From an uncultured Spirochaetota bacterium (GTDB lineage: Bacteria; Spirochaetota; Spirochaetia; SZUA-6; Fen-1364): 64,000 bases of DNA. Of this stretch, positions 1 through 11,530 are shown one piece after another. Every line of letters begins with the position of its first letter. The stretch's first letter is position 1. The notes below the pieces were generated by a model. The model saw only the letters and a list, made by a program, of their open reading frames with translations. It was not told the DNA's origin and did no database searches. Location of the stretch: the NCBI GenBank assembly GCA_963781885.1, contig CAWAHW010000004.1:736001-800000 (forward strand), in the 5' to 3' direction. The position numbers and the translations under genes were made by a program.

Positions 1-1058
1 AAGAGTTTTACAAGGGCAATCCACAGCTTCACCTCACCCTTGCCCGTATGAATGACGGGCAGATTCAGGTCTTCGATGGACAGCACAAAGCAGTAGCCCA
101 AATTATTCTTGGAAATATGGAACTTCTGCTGCGAGTATTTATTTCACCGGTACTCAATAGACTTACCGAAACCAATACAAACGCGGGAAGCACGCTGAGA
201 CAGATTGCATTCGATAAGTCGATCATGCGTCAATTGAATAACACGCTCTATTATGAGCGAATCCGTAAGTACCAAACGGATCATGGCCATTCCGAAGATA
301 CTTTTGATTTTTCAGAATCCCAATTGGTGGAGTATTTTAAAGGCGAAAACGTCAATATCAAGAAATACATCATTGACAGCCTTAAGCATTCCATTACCTA
401 TTCGAAAGAAAACCACCTTAAAGATTTCATTGATTTTGAGGGCAAAGCTAAGGAGTTGCCTATCTCCTATAGCGCTTTTGAAAAGACCTTTCTTACTACA
501 TTCATTGATCCGAAACTTATCTTAAGTACAAATATCTCCTATAAAACTGATGAGGGCGCCAATCCTCGCGAGCTTGAAATCACCCAACTCGTGAAATTGA
601 TGAATATCGTTGCGAACGTGATCTACATCAACAAATTCGATCCAGCCGTCGGTGTCGCACGCATCGAGCAGCGCATCATCGACAAGAAGGATGCTGAAAT
701 AACTGACGATCATCTCGTCGCGTACCGAGTGAGCAAGGAAGAGATACTGTACAACTGGCTGCAATACCTCAAGAAGGTGATCGAAAGCTATTTTGCCAAT
801 ATTGGAAAGCTGTTCGATTCAAATCGCCTGTTCCAGCAGCCCTTTCCTGAGCAGCTCTGGAAGAATATCGAAAACTTCATCAAGTCCTTAATTCTGCTTC
901 CGCTGTGGAAAGATAGGGGCAAGGCAAGCACCTTGTTTTCTGGCAAGAACACGTACGATTTCTGGAGAACAGTATTCGATGTAGCCCGCACGCCGGATGG
1001 TGTTCTGGTGTTGGCGAAGCCCCTCAACTACATTGAGATGATCAAGAACGATGAATGA
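1..1058 (+). CDS. DGQHR/DndB-like (ParB-fold) domain protein, 5'-partial
   Basis: Frame is open from the window start (EFYKGNPQLHLTLARM...). Carries IQVFDGQHKAVAQ, a DGQHK variant of the DGQHR motif. Confidence 0.55.
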   Translation, partial: EFYKGNPQLHLTLARMNDGQIQVFDGQHKAVAQIILGNMELLLRVFISPVLNRLTETNTNAGSTLRQIAFDKSIMRQLNNTLYYERIRKYQTDHGHSEDTFDFSESQLVEYFKGENVNIKKYIIDSLKHSITYSKENHLKDFIDFEGKAKELPISYSAFEKTFLTTFIDPKLILSTNISYKTDEGANPRELEITQLVKLMNIVANVIYINKFDPAVGVARIEQRIIDKKDAEITDDHLVAYRVSKEEILYNWLQYLKKVIESYFANIGKLFDSNRLFQQPFPEQLWKNIENFIKSLILLPLWKDRGKASTLFSGKNTYDFWRTVFDVARTPDGVLVLAKPLNYIEMIKNDE

Positions 1059-1122
1059 TGTGGAAAAATCGTCATGGAGGAGCGGGCTTGAGCGGCCCAT
1101 CACGTCCAAAGAGGAGTCGTAA

Positions 1123-4100
1123 TTGATTAATCCCATCTCATTCACAGAAGAAGTCATCTCCGATTTTCTCAAGTATCAGCTTTCTACCTACCGCTTCTCC
1201 GACCCCGACCTTTATGCCCAGATGAGGAAGCTTCTCAACCTTAGCGAGACTCGCGCGTCGCCACTCCTGAAAGGGCCCTATATAAGCCTGTCGCGAGTGT
1301 TCCGACAGGGAGCCACGCTTGACCAGCTCGCAGCGGGAGGAATTCTGCATCCTGGTATTTCAACTATATCCTCCTACCCGCGTACGTATGCTCACCAAGA
1401 GAGGGCGATCCGCGCGATTACTTCTGGTAAACACACAATCGTAGCCACGGGTACTGGCTCGGGAAAGACGGAGTGCTTTCTCTATCCCATCATCAGTCGA
1501 TGCATGAGGCTCCGGGATGAAGGCGTCCCCCCGGGAATCGTCTCGGTCATTGTGTACCCAATGAACGCGCTTGCGGAAGATCAAAGAGTTCGCCTTCGCG
1601 AGCTTCTCGTTGGCACGGGCGTCAGCTTCGGCATGTATACGGGCCATACGCCGGAGGATCCTGTCGCCACCTCCAAGCGCCTTCCTCCCGGTAGCTCGAG
1701 GGCCGTCTATATAGCTGAGCTTGAAAGAATGCGGCGAGAGAATCCGGAGGGGCTGCTTTATCCTGCCGAGGAGCGGACATCGAGGAGCGAGATGCGCGAT
1801 CCCGTCACGGTTCCGCGCATCCTTCTCACGAACGTCAAACAACTCGAGATCCTGCTTACCCGCGGCAAAGATACGTCCATGTTTACTGATGCCAGACTCG
1901 AGTATCTTGTCTTTGACGAAGCCCATACCTTTACGGGCGCTCTGGGTGCCGAGACCGCGGCCCTTATTCGCCGTCTCAAGACTTTCTGCGGCAAAGGACC
2001 TGAGGATACAGTTTGCATTGCGACTTCCGCAACAATCGCCGACCCTGAGAAAGGCGCGGAGGCGGGGCGCGATTTTGCCGCACGCTTCTTTGGGGTGGGC
2101 CGAAATCTGGTCGAGCTTGTGGGAGAAGAGATATGAATCGGAACACGCGGTATGGTCGGAGACCCTGAGCGAGACGCCATCACCCTCTGATTCCCAAGAA
2201 ATACTCAAAACTATTCTTAAATCCCTCACTGTGCTTGAAGGGCAGGAAAACGAGACGACCGCCTTGATGGCGTTGGGTAGCGCTTGCGCTGCCTTGTTCG
2301 GTCGTTCTGTTGCGTACAAGGAGAACTGGCGTGAAGAACTCTATAGGGATATGGTCCGATTCAGGGTCCCCTATCAGCTCGCGGAGAAAGTAAAGTATCC
2401 CCTAGATATTCGAACCTTGCGGGATTCCTTCAAGCCCATTCGGAAAAGACCTTATTTCTGAAGAGGAGATCCTTTCCTGGTTCGCACTCGGAGCCGCCGC
2501 ACGAAACCAGGGACGCCCTCTGTTCCGACCAGTTGTTCACAACTTTGTGCGCGGCATTGCAGGCGCTCAGGTAACCCTCGATCCAGCGACAAGCAAACCA
2601 ACGTTGTTTTTGTCTGGCGAGGATCGGACAAACGCCGGCGATACCCGTTTCCCTTTCCCCGTAGTTGTCTGCACAACCTGCGGGCAGCACTACTTCAAGC
2701 ACTGGATTGCTGGTCTTGAGCCGCTCCCGGCTGGATTCGGCGGGGGCAACCAGACTGCTCATGGCCAGCATTGGGAGCATGTTCCAAAAGAAGAGGGCAC
2801 GGTGCTGTACCTGTTCGACCGGATTCGGGGGGAAAGTGAGGCCGAATCCGATGAGGAAGAAGAAGAAAGCAGAAGCCATGGCACCACAATCAGGTCGGTT
2901 CCGCTGTACGTATGTTCGGAGTGTGGTCTCCTCTCTGATCATGAACCAGATACTTGTCCGAGCTGTGCCCGTTCGGGATGTTTCGCCCGAGTAAACGCGG
3001 TTCTTCAAAAGGATAACAGTCGGGGAAGCTTCCATCGCTGCGTCTGCTGCGGGAAACGGGGCAACTCCCTCTCAGGACGGTACAGAGAGCCGGTGAGGGA
3101 AATCAAGGCGATCACCGCGCCGGATATACACATCCTCGCCCAGAGCATGATCCAGAATCTCGAACGGCGACGGCTGCTCGTATTTGCTGATAATAGGCAG
3201 GACGCCGCCTTCCAGGCGGGGTGGATGAAAGATCATTCACGTCGCTATCGTTTCCTCAACCTCACCCAAGCTGAGCTGAAAAAGGGGCATGCGGCCCTTG
3301 GCGATATCGTCCATGATTTGGATAATCTTTTTGATCGGGACAAGAAACTCTCATTCTCGCTACTTCGCGAGGTATGGGAATATGCTCCTTTCAATGACTC
3401 ACCCAACAATCACCGGAAGGAGAGAAGCACCTATATTCGATTGCAGCTCCTTCGTGAGTTGACTCGTCCCGCGCGCGATGCTCAGGGCCTGGAGGCTTGG
3501 GGGCGACTTTGTGTGCGGTATAAGGGCCTCGATACGGATCAGCTTTGGACGCGTGACTGGGCGTTCGCTCTTCACATTCCACCTGAAGAGCTTATAAACG
3601 ACTGTTCGCTTTTTCTTGATAAGCTCAGGAGAAGCGACCGCTGCGTTTTTGACAAGCCGACGATGCTCTACACGCGCTTTATCGAGCGAGCCGACCCCTT
3701 CGTTCAGAGGGGCTATATCCCCAACATGGACTTGATGCCAAAAGTTGTGAAACTGAGGCATGAGGCAAATGACAAGAAGAACTACACCATTCAGTTGATT
3801 CCCCAGCGCGGTCAGAGCTCGTTCTCACAGATGGCGAAGAAGTGGGGCGTGCCATCCGCGCATTTCAGTGACTTCACTGAGAGCTTCTTTGGTCTACTCA
3901 TTTCGAAGGGTATCCTTGTTCAAACCGATGTCGAAGGCAGAAGGGGCACACCGATCCCGGGGGCCTCAGGCTACCAGATTAATGGGGAATCGCTCGATTC
4001 TCGAGCATGGGGAAAAGGCGTACCGCTGCTCAACCTGCCATCAGATTCATACGCGTGCGTCGACAGGAATGAGATGCGTCGCATGGAACTGCGAAGGATT

Positions 4101-6549
4101 GCTCATTCCTCGCGAGACGGACGCCGATGATTTTGACCTGATGATGCTGGATCGGGAGGTCGCAATTCTCCACCCCGAAGAGCATTCCGCTCAGGTTCCC
4201 GCCAGCGCGCGAGAGAAGCTTGAGCGGGAATTCAAGGACGAGCGCCTCGAGATTCCGAACACCCTAGTCTGCACCCCGACTCTGGAGATGGGCGTTGATA
4301 TTGGGAGTCTTGATTGCATCCTGATGCGCAATATGCCGCCCTTGCCCGCAAACTATTGGCAGCGCGCTGGAAGGGCCGGGAGACGTCACAGGATTGCGGT
4401 TGATATCACCTACGCCCGACCTGCCAGCTTCGATCAAGCTTACTTCAAGGACCCCCTAAAGTTGCTTATGGGGACCATTGATCCGCCGAGTTTTAACCTA
4501 CGGAACGAAAAGCTCATTGAGAAACATGCTCACTCAGCGGTGATAGGATGGTTCCGAAAGACGGCTGAGGATCGAAAGACTTCTGCTGATGGCCGAGCAC
4601 GCAGTACTAGAAACCCTTGTGACATCATTTCCTTCGAGGACTGGCGACTATGTCTTTACGGATGATCACATCGACATGACGCCCCGCGATTTTTCCCCCT
4701 GGCAACCCTTATAGCTGAGCATCGGACGCAGCTCCTCGGAATGCTCGAGCATACATTTACGGATACCTGGCCGCCTGAGGATGCAGAATCCGTCACGGGA
4801 GGGGTTCTTGAATCGGTGCTTGATGCTATGGCTGAGGCGCTCAGCGAAACGGTTCGAAGGCTTCTGGAGCGAGTTGCCTGGGCAAGGCGGGAATTGGATC
4901 GAATCAATAGCGCATTCACAGACACCGCGCTCTTCGATCCCATCGATAAGGTCATCAAGTACCGCCTGGAACGATTCCTTGCTCAATTGCGACCAGGCGC
5001 TAGAAATCAGAGTACCGACTTCATCTCGGAGGATTCATATACCCTTTCCTATCTTGCCCTTGAGGGATTCTTGCCTGGATACGGCCTGGACACAGGCACC
5101 ATCCTTGGAGAGTACTCCTCTAGCGGCGTAGGGTTCTCCCGAGCGTTATCCATCAGGCGAAGTCCAGCAGTCGCACTCAGAGAATTTGCGCCAGGTAACC
5201 TGCTATACGCTTTGGGAAGCAAGTACATCCCAAGGCGTTACCATCTCGGTGATAAGCCGCCTCTCTCTTTCAATTACGACCCGGAGACATCCGCAATCGT
5301 GGAGGAGGGGCAACCCGACAATTCCTTTGCGGCACAGGTTGCCGGGCAGATCTACAGCCTGGAGCTTCAGGACACGGAGATCCTTCACTTCTCGACAATC
5401 AGCGATGAAGAGGATTACCGGTTCTCTATGCCGTCGGAAATACTCGGAATGTCGATGGATTCACATGAAGGAGGCGCTTCGTATCGTTCGGGTATCCGGC
5501 AATTACACCTACTCAAAAACTACCAGTTCCGCCTGGTGAATCTCGGGCCGGGAATGCTGGTTGACGGCTCCGATATTTATGGTTTCCCAATATGTCGTGC
5601 CTGTGGTTACAGCACTTCGCCATATTCTTCCGACGCGGAGAAGAGAGCTTTCTGGGAGAGGCACTTCCAGAAGTGCCAACAGCCGCCTGGCATTCCCTAT
5701 GCACTTCATATCGAGGGCTTGGCCGATGTCCTTCTATGGCCGGGATTCAAAACTCCCCTTGATGCCTATAGCACGGTAGAAGCCATTCGCAAGGGCGCCG
5801 CGGTTGTGCTTGATATGGAAGAAGATGATCTTCAGCTCCTTGCCTTACCGCAAGGAGGCGAGTATACGATGATGTTCTACGATCCGATGCCTGGGGGTTC
5901 AGGACTGCTGAACCAGATAATAGCAAAGTGGGAACTCGTTCTGCGAGCTTCCCTTGTGATCGTAGAGGAATGCCCGAGCCGTTGCGAGACTGCTTGTATC
6001 GATTGTCTGTATTCGTACCGAAACAGCCAATACCATAGGTTCCTCGATAGGAAGAAGGCGGCTGACCAAATAGGGGAAATGCTCCAAGCGGGAAAACTTC
6101 AATTTGAGATGGATATCCCGCAGAAGATACCTCAGGCCAAGGGCGGCGCCCAACCTCTGAACAATCCGGAAGCACGTCTTCGCAAGTTACTCATCAAGGC
6201 TGGCCTACCAGACCCGGAGGCCCAAAAGACCATCACGCTCGGAGGAGGCCTCGGAGCAACAATACCGGATTTCTACTACCATTCGCCGAACGATCAGATC
6301 GAAGGAGTCTGCATCTATCTCGACGGCATGCACGGGTCCATCCATGGAAATGATTTACAGGCCAAACTGGATGCGCGAAAGCGAAGCGGTCTGGAGAGTC
6401 AAGGATACATGGTCGTCGTCATTACATTCACGGAGCTTGCCGATCGAGACTCATTAAGTGGAAAGTTCTACAGGATCGCACGCGCCTTGATCGGAAAAGC
6501 GGAGGCTGATCGCATTCGGAATTCAAAATATTGGTTTGAGCAAGAGTAG
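1123..6549 (+). CDS. Large DEAD/DEAH helicase with DUF1998 Zn domain and C-terminal Vsr/DUF559-like nuclease (DrmB/DruE-like); about 4 frameshifts
   Basis: Motifs lie in order across consecutive ORFs: TGTGSGKT, YPMNALAEDQ, DEAH, TSAT, CxxC pairs, FADNRQDAAFQA, TPTLEMGVDIG, QRAGRAGR, YDPMPGGSG..C-x3-C-x3-C-x2-C, then PDFYY..IYLDG. Frame changes near 2130, 2450, 4000 and 4610. Confidence 0.85.
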
Positions 6550-6627
6550 GCGGCGGATGAGTGGTTGGACGTGGACGGCAAAATGGGAAGTAAATGAATG
6601 AGGAGAATGTTATACGCCAAGTTGGTC

Positions 6628-7686
6628 CTACTCCGTCGCCCCGTAGCGCTTTAGAAGTGCGATCATGACAGCGGATTTGGCATAGTCGAGCGGCGTCTTC
6701 CCGGTGGCGTCTTTTGGCTGAACCTTGCAGCCCGCCTGCAGGAGTAGTCTGGCGGCGGCAAGGTTTTCCATGTCTGCCGCTATATGCAGTGGAGTGCGCC
6801 CAGCGCCGTCAACTCCGGAGACTAGCGCACCATTCTGGAGTAGCGCCACCAACACTTCAGTGGCGAAGTCCGTGCCACGGATAGCTTGATATGCGTGCGC
6901 GGTTGCGTATACGGCCAGATGGAGGGGCGTGGTATACCCCAACAGCATGCTGATTCCGGGAAGGTTTGGGTTTGCTCCGTGTTGAATCAGCATTAGCAGC
7001 GTTCGAGAGGTATCCGCAGTGAATTGCAGGACATCTAGGACCGCAATCAAAGGCGTCTTTCCGTCAGGATTTGCATAATTGACCGGGACACCCAATTCCA
7101 GCAGCTGTTCTACCCTGGGCGCGTCGGCTCGGTCTGCATAATAGATCAGCCTAAGCCGCATAGATTCGTTCTGGGAGACTCCGACCGCGCCATGCTGTGT
7201 GAGTAGGGTAATGATCTTTTCGGCTCCGCGCTCCGTGGCCAGTTGGATTGGGCTCATGTTGAATGAGTTCCCGATGAGTGCATTCGGCCATGAGGTGGCA
7301 CTGGCTCCGAGATCCAGCAGCGCAGCTACGATGTCGGGTTTGTTGGACGCTATTGGGAAATAGAGAATCGTTGAGTCTACCGCCTGAAGCTTGACTCCAT
7401 GCTTGGCCAGGTACTGGATCGCCGACACCTCTCCCGCGTACTGTTCGAGGTTGCGCTCGTAAGAAGCCGTCAGGACAAGTGAACCGATGACGGACATGCC
7501 ACCGGTGCTGCCTCCGGCTTCCACGTGGTTGACATCTCCGCCCGCCTCGACGGCTACTATTATGGCATTGGCGTCGAAGGCATCGTAGGACACTGCGCGG
7601 ACCAAGTTTGCTGTCTGTACATCTTGCGAAAAGCCTAGGGAACACGACACGAGAAGGAATACGAATATGGTCATTTCCTTGCCCAT
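6628..7686 (-). CDS. Exported ankyrin-repeat protein
   Basis: Repeats GKTPLIA, TTPLHLAV, GRTPLHIAA and GKTPLDYA. Hydrophobic N-terminal signal; GGAGGG RBS before ATG at 7686. Confidence 0.85.
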   Translation of the reverse strand: MGKEMTIFVFLLVSCSLGFSQDVQTANLVRAVSYDAFDANAIIVAVEAGGDVNHVEAGGSTGGMSVIGSLVLTASYERNLEQYAGEVSAIQYLAKHGVKLQAVDSTILYFPIASNKPDIVAALLDLGASATSWPNALIGNSFNMSPIQLATERGAEKIITLLTQHGAVGVSQNESMRLRLIYYADRADAPRVEQLLELGVPVNYANPDGKTPLIAVLDVLQFTADTSRTLLMLIQHGANPNLPGISMLLGYTTPLHLAVYATAHAYQAIRGTDFATEVLVALLQNGALVSGVDGAGRTPLHIAADMENLAAARLLLQAGCKVQPKDATGKTPLDYAKSAVMIALLKRYGATE

Positions 7687-8233
7687 AGGATCCCTCCAGC
7701 ACAGCAGTTTTCGCCCAACGGGACGACGCAGTCTTCTTGGCGCATAACATGTGGATTGAGTTTTTTTATCATCATCTCTGGCTATTAACCCATTTCGCAC
7801 CACATTCGTGCCTTCCCTAGGGCATTACCTCTGCAATATTGTCCCTTAATTAGTATCATTTTGGCAAGATACCACTATGCTTGGTCGAACTACTTATGTA
7901 TCCGGCTCTGCACTCTTTTACTCTGCGCGACCGTGACTCTGCCTAGATTCTACTGCTTTGTCGATGAATCCTAAAGAGGGAGGGGTTGGGCACAGAGGAC
8001 GATAATAGGCTGCAGGGCAGAGTTCGCATGCAAACAAACCTGCTCGTGGCGGGCCGCAGACGTACGATCTCGGGCTCTGCAGTGTTGGGCATGCCCCCGA
8101 ACAGGTCCTTGACCGCCTTGATACTTCTTGGGATGCATAAGGGCTGGTCTGCATACAAACTTGGGAAGCACTCGGCCAAGACAGCAAATCTACGTGTCGC
8201 AGCGACTATTTTCCATACATATTCCTCCCCCAC

Positions 8234-8683
8234 CTATGGCATGCCGCCTTCCGACTGCGGCACGTCCGGACTCTGCGGCGTCCAGTCCGCCGCCGCATTT
8301 CCCTGAATCATCCGGTCGTTCTCATCCTTGTACGCCATGATGATAACAGCCCCCACACACTCAGCACCGAAGCTCACATCGCGCTGCTCTTTCGCCTTGA
8401 ACACCTGCCGCAACTGGCCTTTTGTTTCAACAGTCTTATTCGACGCCGCATCAAAATGCTTGCCTCGGACATCCCAGACGGCCGTTACAGAATAACCGTT
8501 TGAGTTGGACCACACTTCCCGCGCGGCCGTATCCGCTCGCACGAGTTTCATTCCGTACAACTCTTTTACGGCCGGGACGTCGCCCGCCGCGGTCGACGTC
8601 GACTGCGCCCGGCCAAGCTGCACAACGCCAAGCAAAAGAACGGCAAACACTGCCGCTGCTATCACACTGACATTTCTCGACAT
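8234..8683 (-). CDS. Secreted hypothetical protein
   Basis: Signal-peptide-like N-terminus (MSRNVSVIAAAVFAVLLLGVVQLGRAQ) and GGGGAG RBS. Confidence 0.6.
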   Translation of the reverse strand: MSRNVSVIAAAVFAVLLLGVVQLGRAQSTSTAAGDVPAVKELYGMKLVRADTAAREVWSNSNGYSVTAVWDVRGKHFDAASNKTVETKGQLRQVFKAKEQRDVSFGAECVGAVIIMAYKDENDRMIQGNAAADWTPQSPDVPQSEGGMP

Positions 8684-8766
8684 AACACTCCCCCTGTCGC
8701 AAACAAGTATATCATTCCTCCGGGCCTCCGGTGGAATGAACGTGGGGAGCTCGAGCGGCAACAATC

Positions 8767-9030
8767 TTAGTTCATTCGCGCCCGTCTCTCCCGCTCAACG
8801 ACCGCAGCGGTCTCGAGCTTCTTGAGCCAAATTACGGCTTCGCGCAATCCGACAATGCGTCCGTCACGAAACCGCCGCCGCTCTCGGCTCATCCTGGCCG
8901 GTGTCGCCAGCTGCAGCCGCAGCCATTCTTGCAGGCCTTCAATCGCCGGTGAGTACTCTGACCTCACCTTCGAGCGAGACTCGCTTCCAGAGATCAGCAT
9001 CCGCGTGCGCGCACTTACAGCGTCCTTCAT
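8767..9030 (-). CDS. Hypothetical protein
   Basis: GGAGG RBS before MKDAVS; helical-looking basic ORF. Confidence 0.4.
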   Translation of the reverse strand: MKDAVSARTRMLISGSESRSKVRSEYSPAIEGLQEWLRLQLATPARMSRERRRFRDGRIVGLREAVIWLKKLETAAVVERERRARMN

Positions 9031-9937
9031 TTCGGGATCCTCCCTGCGAACTAGTACGGCGTATCTGTTCGTTTGACTTGACCCCACCGCTCTCCCGCCA
9101 GGCGCGAGCTCGCGTGCCGATCGAGGACGTCGGCGCGCTCGATCGGGCCAGGGCGAACACAGTACGCACCCCCGCCCACCGCTCCGCTGCCCCCCACGCT
9201 CGGGGTGCGCCCCCAGGACCTCGCGCGGCCGTCCCCTCCCGATCGGCCGCGCCCTCCCCAACACCAAGACCGCACCGATCGGGCTGCAGCCGGTCAGCTG
9301 CCCTGCAGGGGAAACGCGTCCCGCTGACCGCACGGCCTGCCCTGCGGGTGTTCTATGCACCCTCGGTCAGTCCGTGCGGTGGCCATCGGTACACTCGCGC
9401 AGCGGGCCTGACAGCGGCCGCCCGGGTGGCTTCGCCTCGAGGCGGCCACGTTTTCAGGGGGTAGCTGTACAGGGGGGAGGCCCTGAAAACGCGCTGCAGC
9501 CCCGCCACGCGCGTCCCCTGCAGGAGTTTCTTCGAAACAACGCCCGATCGGCGCTCCAGCGTCCCCCTTCCCCCTCCGCGGGGGAGACATTCGCCGCGTG
9601 GACGCGCGAGGGCTCCGCGCGCTCCGCGTTCTTGCTCCGCAGCTGGGATCCACCCCCACCACCACCCTCCCGCCGCCCCCTCGCAGGGGTGCTCCACGGA
9701 AAAGAGGATCCCGGATCCACGATCACAGCTGGCCAGCCGGCTTCACCAGGTTCGGGGGATCCCCGGGCGAGATCTCCAGGACCAAGAGGGCGGGTGAAGG
9801 GGTGATCGCGCGGAGGTCTCCCATCGGAGCGGAAGACCGACGATGCGCGGGTGTTCGACGTTCGACGACCGAGAAAGAGGCGGGTGATGCCCTTCGGGCA
9901 TGAAGAAAATATTAACACAACTTTTACAATTCCCTAC

Positions 9938-9966
9938 TTGACATATTGCCGACCGTGGTCTATATT
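9938..9966 (+). promoter_or_regulatory. Sigma70-type promoter
   Basis: TTGACA-17 bp-TATATT, followed by a GGAGG RBS and ATG at 9988. Confidence 0.7.
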
Positions 9967-9987
9967 TATGACACGGAGGATGCAAGA

Positions 9988-10776
9988 ATGAACAACGAAG
10001 AAAGGGAACAGACAGAACGGTGCGGCATGACTTTTGAGCAGGCTGGATTGCAGACCTACCAGTACGGCCTTCGCAAGAGTCGCGGCGACACCGACAAGGC
10101 GGCTGACTTTTACCTTCGCATGGTGCCGATGATTCGCCGAATGTTTGACCGCTACATCGACAAGGGCGCCCCTTTTAGCTCGTACTTGTTTCGTACTTTG
10201 AAATGGCAGTGGTATAGCTTTGTCACGGAGACGGCTATGCGGCAGAATCAAATAGCCGTTGCAGACACCGCAGAAGCGTCGCACAACACGCCGCCCCACG
10301 AGATTGCCGAAGCCGTCCAGCCCCGCATTGATTTGAAAAAGACCGGCGCAACGGAACGGCGTGGCCTGTTCTACCTTGCTCTGTCACTTCCTGAAATCGA
10401 CAGCGACAAACTCGCCGAGATTTCCCGGGTGTCTGGCGTACCGGTCAAAGAGATAGTGTCCCATGCGGACGCACTCACGAAGGACTACGCTCGTGCAGAT
10501 CGTTTCCGCGCACGCAGAGACAAGGCTTTCGCACGGCTTCTCGCGATTGACTACCGCATTGCCGACGAAGTTGACCCCGAAAAAAAGGCGCGGCTGGCGA
10601 AGGAGCGCGACGCGATAAGGCGCAGACTGCACAAGGCGAATGAACGGCTTGCCAAAACCAAGACCGCCCCAACTCACGCGGAGATAGCGCAGGAAGTGGG
10701 CGTTCCGAAAGGCACCGTTGACAGTAGCGTTTTCTGGCTCTTGCGCTCCCGCACGAAGCAGGACGCAGAGAAATGA
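9988..10776 (+). CDS. Sigma-70/ECF-like transcription factor
   Basis: Region-2-like segment (AADFYLRM..FDRY..GAPFSSYLFRTLKWQW) and C-terminal region-4 HTH (THAEIAQEVGVPKGTVDS). Confidence 0.6.
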   Translation: MNNEEREQTERCGMTFEQAGLQTYQYGLRKSRGDTDKAADFYLRMVPMIRRMFDRYIDKGAPFSSYLFRTLKWQWYSFVTETAMRQNQIAVADTAEASHNTPPHEIAEAVQPRIDLKKTGATERRGLFYLALSLPEIDSDKLAEISRVSGVPVKEIVSHADALTKDYARADRFRARRDKAFARLLAIDYRIADEVDPEKKARLAKERDAIRRRLHKANERLAKTKTAPTHAEIAQEVGVPKGTVDSSVFWLLRSRTKQDAEK

Positions 10777-10991
10777 AGAAACAGGAGGACTTTATAGCGA
10801 CCGTCTGTGAGGCGGTCGCTATGGTTGAGCCGCAGACGGAACGAGCCGAGCTTTGGTTGACACAGCACTTTCGTCCCGAAGAATTGCACATTGGCTTTTT
10901 GTTCATCGAGCAGAGCCGACTATCCGAACTTGTGCAGTCAATCCTTGCCGCCGAGCTTTCCGTATTCCTCCTTCGGCATCGCCCGTCTTGA
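10773..10991 (+). CDS. Hypothetical protein
   Basis: ATGA overlap with the sigma-like gene. Confidence 0.5.
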   Translation: MKKQEDFIATVCEAVAMVEPQTERAELWLTQHFRPEELHIGFLFIEQSRLSELVQSILAAELSVFLLRHRPS

Positions 10992-11329
10992 CCAAGGCTT
11001 AGTCGAAACAGAACTCCTCCGTGCCCGGGCGCGAGCTGCCGCTCGGCCCTGGTTGTCCACAATCGCGGCTCGGGTGTTTGGGCACCCTCGCGAAAACCGC
11101 TCATGATGGACAACCAGCCCGAGCTCGCGGGCCGATCGAGGATGTCGGCGAGCTCGCCATGCGGACCCTGGCAGTCGCGCTCGAAAATCTCGACGACAAT
11201 CGCGCACAACAGCTCGTCCTAAGTTATTGCAATACCGCTGCCCGACTGCGGGCCAGGCGTTCAGACGAATCGAAAGAACAATTGCCATAATCAGCACCAC
11301 GGTCTATTATTCTGTAAAGGAGACGCTGT

Positions 11330-11530
11330 ATGGCAACCGTGATACTACTTCTCATCATCGCCGTTGTCCTGGCAGTCCGTATTCTGCGCTTTCTACTGAG
11401 AGCTCGTCTGCTCTTGTCGGTTGCTTCCGCGCGGCACCTTCGAAAAACCTTCCGATTTTTCTACGGCGTTCGACGGACGGTCAAATGGAGAAACACAATA
11501 CGCACTTTCAGTGCGGAGGGCACTGTATGA
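11330..11530 (+). CDS. Small membrane-anchored hypothetical protein
   Basis: AAGGAG RBS and hydrophobic N-terminus; overlaps the next start. Confidence 0.5.
   Translation: MATVILLLIIAVVLAVRILRFLLRARLLLSVASARHLRKTFRFFYGVRRTVKWRNTIRTFSAEGTV

Noticed and set aside
8822-9918. Many overlapping long ORFs
   Set aside because: They are Arg/Pro/Gly-rich shadow frames of GC-rich DNA with no motifs.
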